64,000 bases of DNA from Macrostomum lignano. Lineage: Eukaryota. The position numbers and the translations under genes were made by a program. The stretch is from assembly GCA_002269645.1 (NCBI GenBank), contig NIVC01001621.1:1-64000 (forward strand), read 5' to 3'. Shown here one piece after another: positions 60,101 to 64,000 of this stretch; the stretch's first letter is position 1; every line of letters starts with the position of its first letter. Below the pieces are notes generated by a model, which was not told the DNA's origin, made no database searches, and saw only the letters and a program-made list of their open reading frames with translations.

Positions 60101-63100
60101 TAGAAATCTTTCCAAAGTTTTGATGCAATCGGCCTCTTGGAATGTTATATTTTCGCGCTCAAGCATCTGAAAGTGTTGAACAGAAACATAAGAGTATAAT
60201 GCAGCCTTAGTTTATGGCTCTCTTGGTAATGCAGCTTTAGTTTATGACCCTCTTGATAATGCAATCTTAGTTTATGACCCTCTTGATAACGCAGCCAGCC
60301 TTAGATCATGACCCTCTTGATAATGCAGCCTTAGTTTATGACCCTCTTTATAACGCAGCCAGCCTTAGTTTGTGACTCTTGATAATGCAATTTTAGTTTA
60401 TGACCCTCTTGATAACGCAGCCAGCCTTAGATCATGACCCTCTTGATAATGCAGCCTTAGTTTGTGACCGTAACTTTTTAAGCGTTACTGGATAAAATGG
60501 TGACAAATTATATTATATTAATGTGTTATTAATCAGTGAATAGACATTCACTCACACTCCAAAGCTGAATAGGCTTAATAAGAAATTCTTCCAGTTCATG
60601 CTCGGCATCAAACGGCATGGAAACGTGGCGCAAGAAGAATGCCACGCACTGAACCCGGTCCCACAGCTGGCGATGGGAGTCCCGCGGGTTTGTACAGTAC
60701 TGATCTAGTATCGACTGCACAACGCTCTGACAATTGGACACCTGAGCTATCCAGCGGGCCCGGGTATGCGGCTTGTTCAGGTCGTGCCTGCTCTTGTCCA
60801 GCTGCTGGTGGAACGACTCGAATAGGATCTGGATGATGAAGGGGACATTCAGGACTGAGCATTAGATCGCGCGTATAATTATAGTAAGCTTTCATGATGA
60901 CTTGAAGAATTTATTGAGTATGCTAAGCTTTTTAACTTCTAGTAGAAGATTAAGGGGCGATTCTAGAGGGGTATGAAGGCAGATTCTAATGGGGTATGAT
61001 GGGGATTCCAGTCGGGTATTGAGGGGCGAGTCTAATTGAGTGTGGATGGGCGATTCTAATGGGGTATTGAGGGAGATTCTAGAGGGTATGAGGCCAGATT
61101 TTAATGGGGTATGATGGGGATTCCAGTCGGGTATTGAGGGGCGATTCTAATGGGGCATTGTGGGGCGAATCTAATTGGGTGTGGTGGGGCGATTCTAATG
61201 GGGTATTGAGGGAGATTCTAGAGGGTATGAGGCCAGATTTTAATGGGGTATGATGGGGATTCCAGTCGGGTATTGAGGGGCGATTCTAATGGGGCATTGT
61301 GGGGCGAATCTAATTGGGTGTGGTGGGGCGATTCTAATGGGGTATTGAGGGAGATTCTAGAGGGTATGAGGGCAGATTCTAATGAGGTATTGAGGAGCGA
61401 TTCTAATGGGGTATTGAGGGAGATTCTAGAGGGTATGAGGGCAGATTTTAATGGGGTATTGAGGAGCGATTCTAATGGGGTATTGAGGGGCGATTCTAAT
61501 GGGGTATTGAGGGAGATTCTAGAGGGTATGAGGGCAGATTCTAATGGGGTATTGAGGAGCGATTCTAATGGGGTATTGAGGGGCGATTCTAATGGGGTAT
61601 TGAGGGAGATTCTAGAGGGTATGAGGGCAGATTCTAATGAGGTATTGAGGAGCGATTCTAATGGGGAATTGAGGGGCGATTCTAATGGGGCATTGAGGGG
61701 CGAATCTAATTGGGTGTGGAGGGGCGATTCTAATGGGGTATTGAGAGAGATTCTAGAGGGTATGAGGGCAGATTCTAATGAGGTATTGAGGAGCGATTCT
61801 AATGGGGTATTGAGAGAGATTCTAGAGGGTATGAGGGCAGATTCTAATGAGGTATTGAGGAGCGATTCTAATGGGGTATTGAGAGAGATTCTAGAGGGTA
61901 TGAGGCTGCGGCACTGCGGCAGCACTGCAGTTTACTTACCAGTGGCAACGCGGCCGGTCCACCAACGCATGCGTCAACAGGCGGCAGCTGGAGACCTTTG
62001 ACGCGGTGCAGCAGCCGCAGGGCGCAGGTCAGGTGCGGCTTGGCACCGGAGACGGCTACATAGACGCGACAGATGGCCAACAGAAGGCTGTGCGAACCGG
62101 ACCGGATTCTCTCCAGACTGGTTGACTGCTGAAGACCTTCAGGGTCTTCGCCATATTGCGCAACATCCGCCGATTCCATACCAGCCACCGAGGCGGAGAT
62201 CACAGGAGTCAGGACGGCAACGTCGTCCTCAGTGGCCGATAGCACCTCAATGTGAAGAAGATCGTGCAGGAACTGATTCCACAGGCCAGTGACATTGTCT
62301 GTCATCCCGGTGTCGCAGCTGTCAATCAACGCCCTGCCGCAGGGAGTCTCGACAGTAGTCGGGCCAAATCCAGAGCCATGGCCTCCTCAGCTGAGGCAGA
62401 CTGCACAGCGGTTGGCAAGGCCTGGGCAAGGGAGCGCAGCTGCTCGGCGAAGCACCAGGCGAACGGGAATGCGCCGACGAATCGGTGCCCGTCCAGACTC
62501 GAACTCGGGACGTCAATCCGTTGCAGCTCGCCGGTTCCCTGATGATAGCTGGCGGTCAGCTGGTCGCGATTAGCCGCGGGCCGAAGGCAGCGCAGCCACA
62601 GGCGCCGGTGCAGCGAATAGCCGTCCAAATTGTCTTCCTTGTCAACGAAGGCCACAAAGCAGGCCAGGGCTGGGATGACTTTGCGTTTAACATTGCGCCA
62701 AGCGCTCTCCCTGCATGGATTGATGTTGTTAAAAACAGGGCGCGATGTACTTTAAATCAGCAGCCCATAGATAAATACAATAATACAACAGTAGAAAAAC
62801 TCACATAAATGTACCAGCCTCTGTAACATTCTCATCTTTAGCGGCCTCGAAGCTGAGCCAATCGTTTGGATTGTAGTTGGCATAGGAGTTTGATTCTCTA
62901 TGCTCCAGAGTGGACACTATGTACTCATTGAGTGCTGCCAGGAACTCCTGGTCTGCGAAGGATTAAATGGCGATCGTCGTAGTGACTTAGTTTGACAACC
63001 AATTATGCAGGTATAAAAACCCCACCCAGCCAATTACCATAGACTATTGTGTTTTGCTTCAGTCAGTCAGTCAGTCAGTCAGTCAGTCAGTCAGTCAGTC

Positions 63101-64000
63101 AGTCAGTCAGCCAGTCAGTCAGTCAGTCAGTCAGTCAGACAGTCAGTCAGTTAGTCAGTACACTAACCATTCAAAGCATTCGCCAGAATTGAATAGCGCT
63201 TAGTTGATCGCGCATCCAACACGCCGCCGCCACCGCCGCCTTCGGCCAGCATAGCCAAAGCGGCGTGCAAACTTTGCAACAATAGCAGGCGAATGTCGAT
63301 AGCTTCTGGCTGGGCAGAGCCAGACGGTTCGCTGTCCACCTCCATTGGCTGACCCGTAGCGAACAGCTCGTGCACCCGACGGCGGCCGAGACAACCAACG
63401 GCAATCTTGCTGGAGGCAACCAGCTCCTCCAGGTGAGCGGAGCACCAGTGACCGCATTCAAAGCCAGTAAATGGATTAGTATGAGATCGGATTAGCTTGA
63501 CAACTAGAATGACAAGTTTATTAGCGGCGTGAGCGGTTGGCTGTTTGGCAAAATCTTCAACCAGGTACTTGGCGCAGGAGACCCGGTTCTGGTAGCCGGG
63601 ACGAAGTGCTTCGAATTGCAGTATAAGCCAGGTAGGCTCGGGGCACTTGAAGAACTGATTCAGGTAGTTAGTAAACTGAATCTCCGTGTCAAAATCGTTT
63701 AAATTGTTGTCCTGCAGAAGGCCCAGATTGGGGCCGAATCGAGCCGAGAGTTCGGATAATTCTGCCTTCGACAGCAGCCGGTCAAATGTGGTCACCTGGA
63801 TTGGGCAAGGCGAAACATATTGAGTCTGACGTATTCAATAAAAGGAAAATAAAGGACCTTTTTGATGGAGAAAATAATAGCAATACTTTCAGCGAAGTGT
63901 ACACATCGGCAATATGATCGAACGGAATCGAACCAGGGCCCCTGGCCACATTCATCTGGGGCTTGTGCGCAGAATAACTCACCTGCACGAACTGCTTGTC
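47135..64000 (-). CDS. RNF213: RNF213/mysterin-like giant E3 ubiquitin ligase, 3' part (5' end including AAA+ modules lies beyond the window)
   Basis: Exons 63983-64000(partial), 63168-63795, 62805-62952, 61940-62710, 60556-60828, 60063-60166, 56095-56424, 54726-54959, 53433-53691, 52532-52777, 51544-51696, 50925-51189, 50781-50815, 49897-50409, 48547-49040, 47135-48146. Phases agree except for one -1 shift near 62353. Peptides are colinear with recalled RNF213 (TTFDRLL, FDTE, DWLSFEA..EAGTF, RING then FRNRCNAFLMDVVSRLCF, YLPCMPHD, RZ finger, AVWRYR). Confidence 0.9.
48547..49040 (-). CDS. RNF213: RNF213-like exon
   Basis: AVWRYRQVVTVEH...LRHIRSLP...WN...LLPS; phase 0/2. Confidence 0.87.
49370..49815. 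repeat. ggactgaaggaccg-type degenerate minisatellite
   Basis: Seen directly, within an RNF213 intron. Confidence 0.9.
49897..50409 (-). CDS. RNF213: RNF213-like exon (second half of the RZ finger)
   Basis: CGRPMELATCPDCSAPIGGSQH...RNLTPVAVALTRML. Confidence 0.92.
50470..50685. repeat. 15-bp minisatellite
   Basis: Unit gtgactgtcagcagt. Confidence 0.93.
50781..50815 (-). CDS. RNF213: RNF213-like 35-nt micro-exon (first half of the RZ finger)
   Basis: ttcag|tt tgc cca aac ggt cat cca tac tat att gga aat|gtaagt encodes (F)CPNGHPYYIGN. Confidence 0.9.
50925..51189 (-). CDS. RNF213: RNF213-like exon leading into the RZ finger
   Basis: SAYYLPCMPHDQL...PTVY; phase 0/1. Confidence 0.87.
51281..51418 (+). 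mobile_element. 5'-truncated SINE copy
   Basis: Reverse complement of the 3' half of 35015-35297. Confidence 0.8.
51544..51696 (-). CDS. RNF213: RNF213-like exon
   Basis: ccgcag acceptor, KIKLNKSDGHLIALATAAGVY, gtaact donor; phase 0/0. Confidence 0.75.
51804..52466. mobile_element. Foldback element, CAAGG family
   Basis: TIR caaggac.actaaag; TSD aatcaaac/aatcgaac; interior homologous to 12778-13451. Confidence 0.85.
52532..52777 (-). CDS. RNF213: RNF213-like exon
   Basis: AWPRIYLLRCLCRRLG...AYRKLRDA; phase 0/0. Confidence 0.83.
52854..53297. mobile_element. CACAG-family MITE (uninterrupted copy)
   Basis: TIR core agaataactagatggg; TSD gttgcgtc/gttgcatc; colinear with the host element 56501-59967. 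Confidence 0.82.
53433..53691 (-). CDS. RNF213: RNF213-like exon
   Basis: MDPERRWHQAL...QLRRLATWRIGLALLA; phase 2/0. Confidence 0.78.
53820..54720. repeat. Compound minisatellite (about 21-bp, then about 40-bp GGCGCCC-core units)
   Basis: ctcaaatgagattgtgtcc then gaaatagcgccccccacatgaaacggcgcccccattcgaat; ends at the splice donor at 54725. Confidence 0.94.
54726..54959 (-). CDS. RNF213: RNF213-like exon
   Basis: VFRSYVLQLLLSY...LHCFEDA; phase 2/2. Confidence 0.85.
55140..56005. repeat. 31-bp minisatellite, inverted relative of 22720-23240
   Basis: Unit ggagttgctgagatgccaattggctcaatgg. Confidence 0.96.
56095..56424 (-). CDS. RNF213: RNF213-like RING-finger exon
   Basis: CQLC...CGDHLCGRC...CPRC then FRNRCNAFLMDVVSRLCF. 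Confidence 0.9.
57205..58457 (+). mobile_element. Crypton-like (tyrosine recombinase) deletion derivative
   Basis: ORF 57574-58155 has ESTLAREKWAMNVFQTW...EELTKNEINELLHFVFEVRKENGEKYPPGTLKNLVSMIQHF, the CryptonA/DUF3504 N-terminal pattern; ends defined by the empty site at 11287-11320. Confidence 0.7.
58475..59161 (-). mobile_element. Non-autonomous Tc1/IS630-like element retaining an HTH ORF (58595-58948)
   Basis: About 150-bp TIRs; TA duplication confirmed by the empty site ctagTAtctgtg near 59956-59967; ORF ...IVRIYEATGRVDALPRGG...VDANPLATLKALRTKL. Confidence 0.85.
59286..59713. mobile_element. GG-terminal foldback MITE with 17-18-bp subterminal repeats
   Basis: TIR ggggg.cgctt(t)cataagacc; TSD tgaaat(g); empty site ccactgaaatgtacatgg at 53062-53079. 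Confidence 0.85.
60063..60166 (-). CDS. RNF213: RNF213-like exon preceding the RING
   Basis: tttcag acceptor, MLERENITF...SKVM, gtgagt donor; phase 0/2. Confidence 0.8.
60200..60470. repeat. 30-34-bp minisatellite
   Basis: Unit ttagtttatgaccctcttgataatgcagcc. Confidence 0.9.
60556..60828 (-). CDS. RNF213: RNF213-like exon
   Basis: ILFESFHQQ...ARWIAQVSNCQSVV...LWDRVQCVAFFLRHV; phase 0/0. Confidence 0.8.
60960..61905. repeat. 21-bp-based higher-order minisatellite
   Basis: gattctaatggggtattgaggg variants in recurring blocks. Confidence 0.95.
61940..62710 (-). CDS. RNF213: RNF213-like exon containing an apparent 1-nt deletion
   Basis: ESAWRNVKRKVIPALACFVAFVDKEDNL...FPFAW in one frame; ETPCGRAL...QFLHDLL in the adjacent frame. 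Confidence 0.8.
62805..62952 (-). CDS. RNF213: RNF213-like exon (absent from the ORF track)
   Basis: DQEFLAALNEY...NPNDWLSFEAAKDENVTEAGTF; phase 1/2. Confidence 0.87.
63060..63158. repeat. (AGTC)n microsatellite next to an RNF213 donor
   Basis: Seen directly. Confidence 0.97.
63168..63795 (-). CDS. RNF213: RNF213-like exon
   Basis: VTTFDRLLS...FDTEIQF...CAKYLV...GFECGHWCSAHLEEL; ccag acceptor, gttagt donor. Confidence 0.9.

Noticed and set aside
60608-60895. Apparent second RNF213 frameshift between ORFs 60608-60895 and 60529-60741
   Set aside because: Resolved by the acceptor catccag| at 60828, which gives a phase 0 exon in the second frame.

Overview
Eukaryotic (metazoan) genomic DNA. 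GC-rich exons sit in AT-rich introns packed with minisatellites and small DNA transposons. This style suggests a free-living flatworm such as Macrostomum, which is inference only. There are three intron-containing genes, all on the minus strand, and I traced their exons by hand with GT-AG sites and consistent phases. (1) A complete liprin-alpha gene: 10 coding exons, 24834 to 2754, about 1260 aa. (2) A complete alpha1-adrenergic/octopamine-alpha-like aminergic GPCR: 3 exons, 43654 to 33368, 408 aa. (3) The 3' part of an RNF213/mysterin-like giant E3 ligase: 16 exons, from beyond 64000 to 47135, about 1830 codons in the window. It has an intact RZ finger, an atypical RING and one apparent -1 frameshift near 62353. 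The remainder is repeats: tRNA-derived SINEs, Tc1/mariner-like, P-like (THAP) and piggyBac deletion derivatives, two Crypton-type tyrosine-recombinase remnants, a multi-layer transposon nest whose insertion order can be partly reconstructed from empty sites in the same window, and about 25 tandem arrays. Nearly all long ORFs in the supplied track that lie outside these genes are translations of tandem repeats. I found no rRNA, true tRNA, CRISPR or prokaryotic features. All family assignments come from recalled motifs, not from database searches.
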